From Sporosarcina sp. (GTDB lineage: Bacteria; Bacillota; Bacilli; Bacillales_A; Planococcaceae): a stretch of 64,000 nt of DNA. Location: assembly GCF_029257255.1 (NCBI RefSeq), contig NZ_JARICI010000026.1:11497-75496 (forward strand), in the 5' to 3' direction. Below are positions 1-9,832 of the stretch, piece by piece; the first letter of the stretch is position 1, and every line of letters starts with the position of its first letter. Below the pieces are notes generated by a model that was not told where the DNA came from, did not search any database, and saw nothing but the letters and a program-made list of their open reading frames with translations. The position numbers and the translations under genes were made by a program.

Positions 1-1
1 T

Positions 2-304
2 GCCATTCCTGTACTAGACCATCAGTATCATTTAAAAGGTTTGCTCGGAATTGGTATGATTACAGACTCCATTTTAGGATTGGAACGTATTGAGTATGAG
101 CGATTGGAAGATATTAAAGTGGATGAGATTATGGATACTTCACTTCCCACTATTCGTGTAACGGATCGTTTTCAGCGAGCTATGGATCTACTAATTAATC
201 ATCCGTTTCTTTGTGTGACAGAAGAAGATGGAACATTCGCAGGGATTTTAACCAGACGAGTGATTTTAAAAGAATTCAAGAAATATATTTATAGCTCTCA
301 GTAA
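2..304 (+). CDS. cbpB: CBS-pair protein, C-terminal part (5' end outside window); YkuL/CbpB-like
   Basis: The frame of track ORF 41..304 stays open to the window edge. AIPVLDHQYHLKGLLG..GLERIEYERL..FAGILTRRVILKEF resembles the C-terminus of B. subtilis YkuL as I recall it. A hairpin plus T-run follows at 353-377. Confidence 0.7.
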   Translation, partial: AIPVLDHQYHLKGLLGIGMITDSILGLERIEYERLEDIKVDEIMDTSLPTIRVTDRFQRAMDLLINHPFLCVTEEDGTFAGILTRRVILKEFKKYIYSSQ

Positions 305-352
305 ATGAGAATTGCTTACCTATAACAAATTCTATGATGATAATTATACCGA

Positions 353-377
353 AGGCTCCTTTAACGGAGTCTTTTTC
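353..377 (+). terminator. Intrinsic terminator after cbpB
   Basis: aggctcc-tttaac-ggagtct followed by ttttt. Confidence 0.6.
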
Positions 378-401
378 TTATAGAGGGGAGTCAGAAGAGA
401 C

Positions 402-1883
402 TTGCAGAAAGAAACTAAAAAGCCGCTCGTTCTTGCCGCTGTTATGCTTGCGATGTTTGTCAGTGCAGTGGAAGCGACGATTGTTACAACTGCGATGCCC
501 ACAATTGCTTCAGAACTTGGCGGCTTTTCACGCTATAGCTGGATTTTTTCATCTTATTTACTAATGAGCACGGTCACTGTCCTGATTTATGGAAAGCTTG
601 CAGATTTATTCGGTAGAAAACCCATTTTCTTTGTAGGTCTAACGATTTTTTTATTGGGTTCAATCCTTTGTGGCTTTGCAGTTTCAATGGAACAGCTCAT
701 TGTCTATCGTTTGATACAAGGACTTGGTGCTGGAGCGGTCATGCCGATCGCGACAACGATCGTAGGTGATATTTACACAACAGAAGAACGTGCAAAAATT
801 CAGGGCTATCTGTCGAGCGTGTGGGGGATCTCCGCAGTTTCTGGACCGATCATTGGTGGATTACTTGTCCAATATGTCAATTGGCAGTTCGTGTTTTGGA
901 TCAATGTACCGCTTGGGCTTCTTTCAATGGCAGGAATTTATCTGTTTTTGCATGAACCGAAGAAGACGCAGAAAGCCTCGATTGATTACAAAGGGGCATT
1001 CCTGTTAACTGCCGGATTATCTTCAGTCCTGATCTGGTTGGTAGAAGGCGGCCAGGCTTTCGAGCGTCTGTCAGCCAGTAGCTTGCTGTTGCTTTCATTG
1101 TCAGCTGTCCTGTTCATTTTATTCTTTAAACAGGAAAAACGGGCTGATGATCCGCTGATTTCATTTAGTATATGGAAGAATCCTGTCATTTTATATGCGA
1201 ATCTGGTTTCTTTAACCACAGGTATAATTTTGATTGGAATTTCATCGTATCTTCCTACCTATGTATACGGGGTGATGGAGCAGCCGGCGATTATTGCCGG
1301 ATTTACCTTAACGACTATGTCGATTGGCTGGCCTTTAGCTTCTTCGATGGCAGGACATTTATTGCTGCGGTTTGGGCCGTTTCTGGTTTCTCTTGCGGGC
1401 GGTATTTCATTAGTGATTGGTGCATTGATGTTTGTTCTCATGAATGCTTATTTGGGACCTGTCTGGGCAGCTTGTTCTAGTTTCTTTATCGGAATTGGAA
1501 TGGGACTGACGAATACTTCTTTCATTGTCACCATACAAGGAGCGGTGCCGCGCGAGCAGAGAGGTTCTGCAACAGCCGCGAATATGTTCATGAAGAATTT
1601 TGGTAATACCATCGGTGCTTCCTTATTCGGCGCCATATTGAATGGCACGCTGCTGTCATACTTCGCCTCTAAGAAATTAGCGTACACAGTCGATGATGTG
1701 AATATGATGCTAACGAATGAAGGGCGCACATCCATTCCTTTACAAGAGTTGCTGAGTCTGCAGAAAGGACTGGCTAATTCACTGCATTGGGTGTACATTG
1801 CGATATTTGTATTAGCGCTGATCAGTCTACTGCTGATTTTACGAATTCCAAGAGGAAAGGTGTATGAGCATGTCAACAACTGA
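402..1883 (+). CDS. MFS transporter, about 14 TMS (DHA2-like drug:H+ antiporter)
   Basis: 493-aa uniformly hydrophobic ORF with an MFS motif-A-like GKLADLFGRKP. TTG start as in the track; start uncertain. Confidence 0.8.
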   Translation: MQKETKKPLVLAAVMLAMFVSAVEATIVTTAMPTIASELGGFSRYSWIFSSYLLMSTVTVLIYGKLADLFGRKPIFFVGLTIFLLGSILCGFAVSMEQLIVYRLIQGLGAGAVMPIATTIVGDIYTTEERAKIQGYLSSVWGISAVSGPIIGGLLVQYVNWQFVFWINVPLGLLSMAGIYLFLHEPKKTQKASIDYKGAFLLTAGLSSVLIWLVEGGQAFERLSASSLLLLSLSAVLFILFFKQEKRADDPLISFSIWKNPVILYANLVSLTTGIILIGISSYLPTYVYGVMEQPAIIAGFTLTTMSIGWPLASSMAGHLLLRFGPFLVSLAGGISLVIGALMFVLMNAYLGPVWAACSSFFIGIGMGLTNTSFIVTIQGAVPREQRGSATAANMFMKNFGNTIGASLFGAILNGTLLSYFASKKLAYTVDDVNMMLTNEGRTSIPLQELLSLQKGLANSLHWVYIAIFVLALISLLLILRIPRGKVYEHVNN

Positions 1884-2757
1884 GTTTGATATTATAAAAG
1901 CCTTGGCGGAAGAAGGAAATATGCGCAAAGCATCGGAACGTCTGCATTTATCACAGCCTGCCTTGTCACAACGTCTGCAGACCATCGAAAAAGAATGGGG
2001 GATGCTGCTATTCATTCGTTCGCAGAAGGGGCTGGAACCTACGCCAGCGGGTGAGCATGTGATTGCATATGCAAAAGAATCGCTGGCAAAACGCGATGAA
2101 ACACTGGAAATGATTGCGTCGCTTGAAGATAAAGTCCATGGAACGCTGAAAATTGCCTGTGCTTCGATAATCGGTCAGACTTGGCTTCCACAAGTTCTGA
2201 AAGACTATGTCACGTTATATCCGGATGCGAAAATTTCTTTGATGACGGGCTGGAGTTCCGAAATTTCCAAAGCTTTGTACGAAGGCGAGGCACATATTGG
2301 AATCGTCAGAGGGCAGACGGATTGGAAGAGTAACCGTGTGTATTTGTTCCGGGATCAGCTGTATCTTGTCGATCGGGAAATTTCTACAATTGATGAACTC
2401 AAAGATACCAACCGACATTTCATTCAGTTTAAAAGTGATTCAAATTATTATATGGAAATTCAACGTTGGTGGCATAAGCATTTCAATCAAAATCCAAGCC
2501 GCCAAATTATTGTGGATCAGATCGAGACATGTAAACAGCTGGCTTTAAATGGTGTAGGTTACGCGATTTTACCTTCCATTACTCTTTCAGGAGATGAGCG
2601 GGTCAATCGTATCCCTTTGCTGAACAGTGAAGAAGAGTTCGAGCTAACACGTGATACATGGCTGATTGGTTATAATTCTACATTCGAATTAAAACAAGTG
2701 AATGCTTTCGTCGAGATCGTGCAGAAGTATGCAGAGATCTTGCGTAAGGAGCAATAA
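1870..2757 (+). CDS. LysR-family transcriptional regulator
   Basis: N-terminal HTH (MRKASERLHLSQPALSQRLQTIE) plus a LysR substrate-domain length. ATG 1870 has AAGGTG 7 nt upstream. The gene overlaps the stop of the upstream MFS gene. Confidence 0.85.
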   Translation: MSTTEFDIIKALAEEGNMRKASERLHLSQPALSQRLQTIEKEWGMLLFIRSQKGLEPTPAGEHVIAYAKESLAKRDETLEMIASLEDKVHGTLKIACASIIGQTWLPQVLKDYVTLYPDAKISLMTGWSSEISKALYEGEAHIGIVRGQTDWKSNRVYLFRDQLYLVDREISTIDELKDTNRHFIQFKSDSNYYMEIQRWWHKHFNQNPSRQIIVDQIETCKQLALNGVGYAILPSITLSGDERVNRIPLLNSEEEFELTRDTWLIGYNSTFELKQVNAFVEIVQKYAEILRKEQ

Positions 2758-2800
2758 AAAATGGCTTTCCCGCTGAATAAAAAGGGAAGGCCATTTTTTA
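2756..2800. terminator. Bidirectional terminator between the LysR gene and the convergent MFS gene
   Basis: aaaaaatggctttccc..gggaaggccatttttt, with an A-run on the left and a T-run on the right. Confidence 0.8.
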
Positions 2801-2804
2801 TTTA

Positions 2805-3995
2805 TTATGTCGTGCGGGAGGAATTAAGCAATTCTTTCTTTTGCTTTGCCCAGACTGAAGCTAATATGAAGCATAGCAGTAAAATAATCGTTCCGACAAT
2901 ATAAGGCGAACGCATATCAATGTCGAAAATATAGCCTGCTGTTGCGGGGCCTATCATATTACCTAAGCTCATATAAGCGTTCATCATGCCGGCTGCATAG
3001 CCTTGTTCGGTACCGGCGAGTTTCGATACGAGCGTATTGACTGCCGGGCGGAGAAGTGAGGTCGCGGTGGAAAAGATGGTTGCGACCAGTAAAATCATAA
3101 AGAATTTATTAACGAAAAGAATGCAGAACATAGCAGTGGCCGCGATTAGCAAATTGATAAGAATAATACGCATCTCGCCAAAGCGTTTGAACAATTTATC
3201 GATCACGAATGTCTGGATTATGACCCCTACAAATCCGCCGACTGTAATAATGACCGCAATTTGTGATGGTGTGTAACCGTATTTCTGGTCTACATATAGT
3301 GAAATAGTCGATTGGAAGTTGGCCAATCCGAATGAAAAGACAAACATGACGATCAACATGACAAAATAGGGCGTCTTTGTCGAACGGCGCATCTGCTGAA
3401 ATAAGTTTTCATTCAGCAGTGTTCCTTGTAACACGGGTTTAGGATTCGGCAGGAATAATAAAGAAATAATGGCTGCGAAGATTGATGCCCCTGTCGCTGC
3501 ATAGAAAGGAAATACCAAGCTTATTTTTGATAAAAATCCGCCAATTCCGGGTCCAATCATGAATCCTAAGGACATGGAAGCACCGAGAAGTCCCATTCCG
3601 CGACCGCGCTTTTCGAGGGAAGTAATGTCAGCCACAAATGCCATGGTGGGCGGAATAATGAAGGCAGCACCAAACCCTGAAAAGAAGCGGGCGATGTACA
3701 GCATCCACAGCTCTGTTGATAAACTGAAGGCTAATTGAGAAAGTCCGTAAATTGCCAAACCGATAATGATGATACGTTTTCTGCCAACCTGATCGGAAAG
3801 ATTTCCAGAAAGAGGCGAGAAAATAAATTGAGCGAATGAAAAGATGGCGATCAGCATGCCAAGTGCCTGTCCGGCAACGCCGAAAGTCCCTAGGTATTCA
3901 GGCATTATAGGGATGATGAGTCCAACGCCGGCCATGGCGATGAACATATTAAACATTAAAATATAAAGGGTCAGATTATTTGATTGTTGGGGCAT
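2805..3995 (-). CDS. MFS multidrug-efflux-type transporter, 12 TMS (DHA1-like)
   Basis: 396-aa hydrophobic ORF with motif A GNLSDQVGRKR. Resembles Bmr/NorA-type pumps. Confidence 0.8.
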   Translation of the reverse strand: MPQQSNNLTLYILMFNMFIAMAGVGLIIPIMPEYLGTFGVAGQALGMLIAIFSFAQFIFSPLSGNLSDQVGRKRIIIIGLAIYGLSQLAFSLSTELWMLYIARFFSGFGAAFIIPPTMAFVADITSLEKRGRGMGLLGASMSLGFMIGPGIGGFLSKISLVFPFYAATGASIFAAIISLLFLPNPKPVLQGTLLNENLFQQMRRSTKTPYFVMLIVMFVFSFGLANFQSTISLYVDQKYGYTPSQIAVIITVGGFVGVIIQTFVIDKLFKRFGEMRIILINLLIAATAMFCILFVNKFFMILLVATIFSTATSLLRPAVNTLVSKLAGTEQGYAAGMMNAYMSLGNMIGPATAGYIFDIDMRSPYIVGTIILLLCFILASVWAKQKKELLNSSRTT

Positions 3996-4160
3996 ATGTT
4001 TGCTCGCTTTCCGGAATATTTTACTCTATCGTATCATAAAGAAAATGCTAATACACTTGCTCTGCTTCGATGCTTGTACGAATAAATAGTTAAAATATCT
4101 TTGGGGAGTAGGCCGGACTGTGTCTGTAGTCTAGGATCTCTTTTACAGATGTGACGATTT

Positions 4161-4208
4161 TCGCGGGCCTGCAGAACTCGTCCGCCTGAAATGCAGGGAA
4201 ATGATCTC
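4161..4208 (-). repeat. Degenerate relic of the module A 5' end
   Basis: tcgcgggcctgcagaactcgtccgcctgaaatgcagggaaatgatctc compared with the A3 plus-strand end ccgcgggccctccggaacgcgtccgtctgtaacgcagggaaacggtatctc. Confidence 0.55.
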
Positions 4209-4233
4209 TATTTGCAAATCAAATTTTACTCCA

Positions 4234-4263
4234 ATAAAAAACGACCCCTTCCAAAGGAGCCGC
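4234..4263 (-). terminator. Terminator after ykuV
   Basis: Minus strand: cggctcctt-tgga-aaggggtcg followed by ttttttatt. Confidence 0.65.
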
Positions 4264-4270
4264 TTCGCAA

Positions 4271-4726
4271 TTAATCTTCTTTTTTCATTTCGTCTAATAC
4301 TCGGTTAACGCGTTTTTCCAGCATCTTCATGCCGCTGCCGCCTGCTTGGAAGTGGCGGAGCTGACCGTCTTTGTCGAATACGTAGTACGCAGGTACGTAT
4401 TGGTTTTCAAATGCGTCATTCAGTTTTAATTCGCTGTCTACGAAGATATTCTGCGTGATGTCATGTTCAGCGGCTACTTTTTTGATCTGATCAAGATCTA
4501 AATCGTCTTCTGAACGCGGCATATGTACAGCCACTACGTTTAATTCGTCTTTATACTTATCTCTGAAGTTGTTCACATCTGGCATAGCTTCTTTACAAAG
4601 ATGGCAGCTTATAGACCAGAAATGAATTAGTGTCGGTTTTTCACCAACCAATTCAGATTTAGAAGTTTCGCCGTTTAACCAAGCTGTTGCGCCTTCAAGT
4701 TCAGGCATTGGTGTACGTAATTTCAT
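4271..4726 (-). CDS. ykuV: Thioredoxin-fold thiol-disulfide oxidoreductase YkuV
   Basis: MKLRTPMPEL..PTLIHFWSISCHLCKEAMP..VPAYYVFDKDGQLRHFQAGGSGMKMLEKRVNRVL matches B. subtilis YkuV almost throughout, as recalled. CxxC motif present. Confidence 0.9.
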   Translation of the reverse strand: MKLRTPMPELEGATAWLNGETSKSELVGEKPTLIHFWSISCHLCKEAMPDVNNFRDKYKDELNVVAVHMPRSEDDLDLDQIKKVAAEHDITQNIFVDSELKLNDAFENQYVPAYYVFDKDGQLRHFQAGGSGMKMLEKRVNRVLDEMKKED

Positions 4727-4763
4727 AAAGAGTTCCTCCTAGCTAATTGGATAATATAATGAT

Positions 4764-4797
4764 AAAAAATCCCCACTGTAATGTAATACGTGGGGAC
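4764..4797 (-). terminator. Terminator after ykuU
   Basis: Minus strand: gtccccac-gtattacattaca-gtggggat followed by ttttt. Confidence 0.75.
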
Positions 4798-4809
4798 GCT
4801 TGTGCAAAA

Positions 4810-5352
4810 TTAAAGTGTTTTTTGACCTGGGCGCCAGTTTGCAGGGCAAAGGCCGCCAGTTTGCAATGCTTGAAGTACACGTAGTGTCTCATCCACGTCA
4901 CGCCCGATGTTGTTATGGAAAACTGTCTGATACTGAAGTTCTCCTTCAGGGTTAATGATGTAAAGACCGCGCAATGCGATTCCTTCTTCTTCGATCAATA
5001 CGCCGTATTCGCGTGATACAGAGTGATTCGTATCAGCAGCCAATGGGTATTTCAATTGCTCAAGACCATTGTCTTTACGGTCTGTGTTGATCCATGCAAG
5101 GTGTGTATGGATTGTATCAGTAGAAACACCGATTACTTCTGCATCTAAGTCTTCGAACTCATCATAGCGGTCAGACATTGCTGTGATTTCAGTCGGACAT
5201 ACGAATGTGAAGTCCATTGGATAGAAGAAAAGCACTGTCCATTTGTCATTTTTAATGTTGTCTTGCAAACTTACTTTACCAAATGATTTGTCAGCTAATA
5301 CTGCTTCCATTGTGAAATCGGGAGCTTGTTTACCTACCATACGTTCAGCCAT
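4810..5352 (-). CDS. ykuU: 2-Cys peroxiredoxin (YkuU-like)
   Basis: 180 aa with FFYPMDFTFVCPTE peroxidatic Cys motif and C-terminal GGLCPANW resolving Cys. Synteny with ykuV. SD GGAGGGA upstream. Confidence 0.9.
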   Translation of the reverse strand: MAERMVGKQAPDFTMEAVLADKSFGKVSLQDNIKNDKWTVLFFYPMDFTFVCPTEITAMSDRYDEFEDLDAEVIGVSTDTIHTHLAWINTDRKDNGLEQLKYPLAADTNHSVSREYGVLIEEEGIALRGLYIINPEGELQYQTVFHNNIGRDVDETLRVLQALQTGGLCPANWRPGQKTL

Positions 5353-5375
5353 AATATAAATCCCTCCAATTATCT

Positions 5376-5406
5376 ATTGTGCAGAACCAAATCTGTGTTG
5401 CACAAT
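5376..5406 (-). promoter_or_regulatory. Perfect 8-bp-stem hairpin / inverted repeat in the ykuU leader
   Basis: attgtgca..(15 nt)..tgcacaat. Lies 9 nt upstream of the ykuU SD. Confidence 0.35.
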
Positions 5407-5526
5407 TCTAATCTAGAATATCAAATATTGGAATGAATTACAATTTGAATGATTTGAAGATAATAATAATTATTAAAACAATAAAAAGTCTTGTATGTAA
5501 AAGATTCGGGTAAACTATTTTATAGT

Positions 5527-5829
5527 TTACTCAAAGTCTTGTTGGCAGTCAGAAGGTTTTAAAGGACGTGTTTGACACGTTTCGCAATTTGGATCACAAA
5601 TCATTTCGCGCCACTCATCACAATCTTTACAATAACGTGCGTCAAACTCTTCGCTGTAATGGAGCGGCTCCATACATTCAACACAATGAGAAGCCATCTC
5701 TTTCCATGTGCGGATCTTTTTATTATTCATCAGGAAAATCCCTTCAAGATGATTTTCTCTTGTAGATGATTCTAATTTTCGATTCCGCTTGGCATCAGAG
5801 TCCAAATAAAAAAACAAGTGGTCTTCCAA
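5527..5829 (-). CDS. Cysteine-rich small protein of unknown function (CxxC..CxxC..CxxxCxxC)
   Basis: TTG start preceded by AAGGAGGG with a 6-nt spacer. An internal ATG at 5730 (weaker GAAGGG) is an alternative start. The stop lies inside a 9-bp hairpin at 5510-5530. Confidence 0.55.
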   Translation of the reverse strand: MEDHLFFYLDSDAKRNRKLESSTRENHLEGIFLMNNKKIRTWKEMASHCVECMEPLHYSEEFDARYCKDCDEWREMICDPNCETCQTRPLKPSDCQQDFE

Positions 5830-5938
5830 CTCAATCCCTCCTTAATAGGTGGTTTCATTTTACTATGACAAACATGAAAAAACAATTTTCACGACTATTT
5901 TCCCGTAAGTAAATTTCGGCTCGAATACAAGACTTTAT

Positions 5939-5966
5939 TTGCTTTAACGGGCGTTTTGTGTATAAT
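5939..5966 (+). promoter_or_regulatory. Candidate sigmaA promoter of potABCD
   Basis: TTGCTT, 16-nt spacer, TGTG-TATAAT (extended -10). Lies about 65 nt upstream of the potA start. Confidence 0.4.
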
Positions 5967-6029
5967 GATTAAGTTTACAAGACTTCAATTGAAGTACTCG
6001 ACTTTATGTCAATGCAGGGAGGAATCATA

Positions 6030-7136
6030 TTGACCAATCAACCGATTATACGCTTTGAAAATGTTACGAAACGATACAATGAATCAACGACTGTTCTTGA
6101 CCGCGTTTCATTTGAAATGGAGCGGGGGAAGTTCTATACATTACTCGGTCCTTCAGGGTGCGGAAAAACCACTATTTTGCGTCTGATTGCAGGCTTCACG
6201 GAAGCGACAGACGGAAACATTTTCTTTAATGGAAAGAAAATTAACTCTGTACCCGCAAATGAACGGCAAGTTAACACCGTATTCCAGGATTATGCACTGT
6301 TTCCTCATCTAAATGTTTATGAAAACGTCGCATTTGGCCTGCGCATTAAAAAAGTGAAAAAGAATGACATCGACCGCAGAGTCAAAGAAGCGCTGAAATT
6401 CGTCAACTTAGAAGGCTATGAATCCCGCGAAATAACGGAAATGTCAGGTGGCCAGCGTCAGCGGGTAGCGATTGCGCGTGCGATTATTAATGATCCAGAA
6501 GTAATTCTATTAGATGAACCGTTATCTGCACTTGATCTGAAGCTGCGTTCAGCGATGCAGTATGAACTGCGGGAACTGCAACAACGATTGGGAAAAACCT
6601 TCGTTTTCGTCACACATGACCAAGAAGAAGCTCTTGCCATGTCAGATGAAATTTTTGTTATGAACCATGGGGAAATACAACAATCCGGAACACCTATTGA
6701 TATTTACGATGAACCGATCAACCGGTTTGTTGCTGATTTCATTGGAGAATCGAATATTGTGACGGGCCGTATCGTAGAAGATTATCTCGTAGAGTTTACC
6801 GGAAAACAATTTCAATGTGTTGATGGCGGATTTTATCCCAATGAAAAAGTGGATATTGTGATCCGTCCTGAAGACTTGGAAATGACTACACTTGAGCAGG
6901 GGAAACTGAGCGTCACGGTGGATACGCAATTGTTCAGAGGAGTCCATTATGAACTGTCTACATATGATGCGGACGGCAATGAGTGGCTTGTCCATTCAAC
7001 GAAGCCAGCGGATGTCGGCACGATGATTGGCTTGGATTTTGCGCCGGTTGATATTCATGTCATGCGTTTGAATGAATCAGAAGAAGATTTCGATGCGCGT
7101 CTTGAGTCGTTTGGAGTGGCGGAAGATGAAGAATAA
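6030..7136 (+). CDS. potA: Spermidine/putrescine ABC transporter ATP-binding protein
   Basis: Walker [10 protein letters not shown], signature SGGQRQRVA, Walker B ILLDEP, and a C-terminal PotA-type regulatory domain. TTG 6030 follows GGGAGG. Confidence 0.9.
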   Translation: MTNQPIIRFENVTKRYNESTTVLDRVSFEMERGKFYTLLGPSGCGKTTILRLIAGFTEATDGNIFFNGKKINSVPANERQVNTVFQDYALFPHLNVYENVAFGLRIKKVKKNDIDRRVKEALKFVNLEGYESREITEMSGGQRQRVAIARAIINDPEVILLDEPLSALDLKLRSAMQYELRELQQRLGKTFVFVTHDQEEALAMSDEIFVMNHGEIQQSGTPIDIYDEPINRFVADFIGESNIVTGRIVEDYLVEFTGKQFQCVDGGFYPNEKVDIVIRPEDLEMTTLEQGKLSVTVDTQLFRGVHYELSTYDADGNEWLVHSTKPADVGTMIGLDFAPVDIHVMRLNESEEDFDARLESFGVAEDEE

Positions 7137-7950
7137 TCCGCTGCGCTTTGTCTTTGCCGTACCGTATGCTGTGTGGATGCTGCTTTTTGTACTGGCGCCA
7201 ATAGCGGTCGTTGTCTATTATTCCTTTTTCGATTTATCAGGGAACCTGACGCTCGGCAATTATCGAAACTTTTTCACGTCCGTCTATTTTAAACTGACGA
7301 TGAGTTCGTTCTGGTATGCGTTTTTGATTACGTTCTTTTCACTACTCATATCGTATCCGACAGCCTATTTTTTAACGAAAACCAGACATAAACGGTTATG
7401 GCTATTGCTGATCATCATTCCTTCCTGGATTAATTTATTGCTGAAGACGTATGCATTCATTGGATTGATGGGACTGTATGGACCGATTAATGCCTTTTTA
7501 GAGACGATTGGGATCGGAAGTCAGCAAATCCTGTTTACTGACTTTAGTTTTGTTTTTGTCTCTGTTTATATTTTCATTCCGTTTATGATTTTACCGATTT
7601 TTAACTCCCTGGATAAAATTAATCCGGCACTGCTTGATGCCTCAAAAGATTTGGGTGCGAATGCGTGGGTAACATTTAAGCGGGTGATCTGGCCGATGAC
7701 GATTGATGGAGTGAAATCGGGCGTGCAAGTCGTATTCATTCCAGCGCTGTCTTTGTTCATGATCACACGGTTGATTGCAGGGAATACAGTTCTTACTCTC
7801 GGAACGGCGATTGAACAGCAGTTTCTGGTCACACAAAACTGGGGGATGGGTTCCACGATTGCCGTATTCCTAATCATTTTCATGTTCTTAATTATGGCGC
7901 TTACATCCGGAAAAGAGAAAGGAGGTAATACAAATGGGAAAGTTAAGTAG
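7126..7950 (+). CDS. potB: Spermidine/putrescine ABC transporter permease
   Basis: Six-TMS ABC permease with EAA-like loop ([22 protein letters not shown]). ATG 7126 overlaps the potA end. Confidence 0.85.
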   Translation: MKNNPLRFVFAVPYAVWMLLFVLAPIAVVVYYSFFDLSGNLTLGNYRNFFTSVYFKLTMSSFWYAFLITFFSLLISYPTAYFLTKTRHKRLWLLLIIIPSWINLLLKTYAFIGLMGLYGPINAFLETIGIGSQQILFTDFSFVFVSVYIFIPFMILPIFNSLDKINPALLDASKDLGANAWVTFKRVIWPMTIDGVKSGVQVVFIPALSLFMITRLIAGNTVLTLGTAIEQQFLVTQNWGMGSTIAVFLIIFMFLIMALTSGKEKGGNTNGKVK

Positions 7951-8734
7951 TCTGCCAAAAATCTATCTGGCGGCCGTTTTTCTAATTTTGTATACTCCGA
8001 TCTTTTATTTGATTTACTACTCATTCAACTCGGGTGGCGGCATGTCGAAATTTGAATCCTTTACATTAGAACACTACCAAGCTGTCTTTCAGGATACGCG
8101 TTTGCTGATCATTGTCATGAACACCGTCATCATCGCATTGCTGTCTGCTCTCCTGTCGACAACGATTGGTGTGATCGGTGCACTTGCGATTTACTTCATG
8201 CGTAATAAATCTATGCGCCAGACGATTCTGTCACTCAATAATATTTTAATTGTCAGTCCAGATGTAATTATAGGCGCTTCATTCCTAATTTTATTTACCT
8301 TAATTGGCGTGAAACTCGGTTTTGCATCTGTACTGATTTCACATATTGCGTTCAGTATTCCGATTGTAGTGATTATGGTGCTGCCGAAGCTATTTGAGAT
8401 GAGCACGACATTAGTGGACGCAGCTCTTGACCTCGGCGCATCTCGCAAAGATGTGTTGACGCGTGTTGTGCTTCCTTATATAAAGCCGGGTATTTTCGCC
8501 GGATTCTTTTTGGCATTGACTTATTCACTGGATGATTTTGCGGTAACTTTCTTCGTCACAGGAAATGGCTTTTCTACCCTGTCCGTAGAAATTTACTCTA
8601 TGGCCCGTACAGGTATTACGTTAACGATTAATGCGCTGTCAGGCTTGATTTTCGTCATCACAATGTTCTTGGTGCTTGGTTATTATATGATCGGTAACCG
8701 GACAAAGTCATCTAATCAGGGGGTGAAGCGATGA
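7934..8734 (+). CDS. potC: Spermidine/putrescine ABC transporter permease
   Basis: ABC permease with EAA loop (LVDAALDLGASRKDVLTRVVLP). GGAGG SD upstream. Overlaps potB and potD ends. Confidence 0.85.
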   Translation: MGKLSSLPKIYLAAVFLILYTPIFYLIYYSFNSGGGMSKFESFTLEHYQAVFQDTRLLIIVMNTVIIALLSALLSTTIGVIGALAIYFMRNKSMRQTILSLNNILIVSPDVIIGASFLILFTLIGVKLGFASVLISHIAFSIPIVVIMVLPKLFEMSTTLVDAALDLGASRKDVLTRVVLPYIKPGIFAGFFLALTYSLDDFAVTFFVTGNGFSTLSVEIYSMARTGITLTINALSGLIFVITMFLVLGYYMIGNRTKSSNQGVKR

Positions 8735-9804
8735 AGGGACTTATTAGCAGTGCTGCAGTTATTCTGCTCATTTCTTGCGCTTTACTATTTACCAATTACC
8801 AGCTGGAACATAAAACAGGTAGTGCTGGAAAAGATACGATTACAGTTTATAACTGGGGCGAGTATATCGATCCCGACCTTCTGGTGCAGTTTGAAGAGCG
8901 TGAAGGGATCAAAGTCATCTATGAAACCTTTGATTCGAATGAAGGCATGATGGGGAAAATCGAGCAGGGGGGAACCTCTTACGATCTATCGGTTCCTTCT
9001 GAATATGCTGTTCAAATGATGGAGGACAAGGAACTGCTGATTCCTTTGGATTTCAGTAAGATTCCAAATATCAAAAATATCGATCCCTATTTTATGAATT
9101 TACCTTTTGATACAGACAACACGTATTCTATTCCTTACTTTTGGGGAACGGTAGGCATCGCTTTTAATCAATCGCTTTTGGAAGGTCAGACTTTTGAAAG
9201 TTGGGAAAGCTTGTGGGATGCATCTCTAAAACAGAGACTGATTATCGTAGACAGTGCGAGAGAAGTTCTTGGAGTCGTATTGAACTCACGTGGCTATTCA
9301 CTGAACTCTACCAGCCTGCAAGAATTAAAAGAGGCATCGGATAAACTGGAAACGATGGGGCCTAATGTGAAAGCAGTAATCGGTGATGAAGTGACACAGC
9401 TGATGATTAATAATGAAGCGTCCGTGGCGTTAACTTGGTCAGGGCAGGCGGCGGATATGATCTCGGAAAATGAAGATATCGATTATGTTGTGCCCAAAGA
9501 AGGGTCAAACTTATGGTTCGACAATATTGTGATTCCGAGAACCGCCAAAAATATCGAGGGTGCCTATAAATTCATTAACTTTATGCTGGAACCGGAAGTG
9601 GCTGCGCAAAATGCTGAGTATGTAGGCTATTCCACACCTAATAAGGCAGCTCTTGCTTTCATGGATGAAGAAACGGTAAATGATGAACGTTTTTATCCCG
9701 ACGAAGAGGCGAGGGAAAATCTCGAAGTTTATGAAAATTTAGGTTTAGAGACACTGGGAGTGTATAATGAGTTATTCCTGAAATTTAAGATGGGATTGCG
9801 ATAA
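8731..9804 (+). CDS. potD: Spermidine/putrescine-binding lipoprotein
   Basis: Lipobox LISC near the N-terminus. PotD-family length and motifs (TVYNWGEYI, YFWGTVGIAFN). Last gene of the pot operon. Confidence 0.85.
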   Translation: MKGLISSAAVILLISCALLFTNYQLEHKTGSAGKDTITVYNWGEYIDPDLLVQFEEREGIKVIYETFDSNEGMMGKIEQGGTSYDLSVPSEYAVQMMEDKELLIPLDFSKIPNIKNIDPYFMNLPFDTDNTYSIPYFWGTVGIAFNQSLLEGQTFESWESLWDASLKQRLIIVDSAREVLGVVLNSRGYSLNSTSLQELKEASDKLETMGPNVKAVIGDEVTQLMINNEASVALTWSGQAADMISENEDIDYVVPKEGSNLWFDNIVIPRTAKNIEGAYKFINFMLEPEVAAQNAEYVGYSTPNKAALAFMDEETVNDERFYPDEEARENLEVYENLGLETLGVYNELFLKFKMGLR

Positions 9805-9832
9805 CTGAGACCCTAATGTGAGGAGCAATGTG

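Noticed and set aside
5464-5475. TAATAATTATTA upstream of ykuU as a PerR/Fur-family box
   Set aside because: It is only a 6-6 AT palindrome and does not fit the 7-1-7 TTATAATnATTATAA/TGATAATnATTATCA form. Such strings occur by chance in AT-rich leaders. It is kept only as a remark in the redox-cluster finding.
7566-8024. Numerous antisense or off-frame track ORFs inside long genes (for example 7566..8024, 1448..1879, 44437..44877, 61389..61797, 63210..63674)
   Set aside because: They are fully nested in well-supported conserved genes on the other strand or frame. They lack SDs and have odd Arg/Ser/Cys-rich composition.
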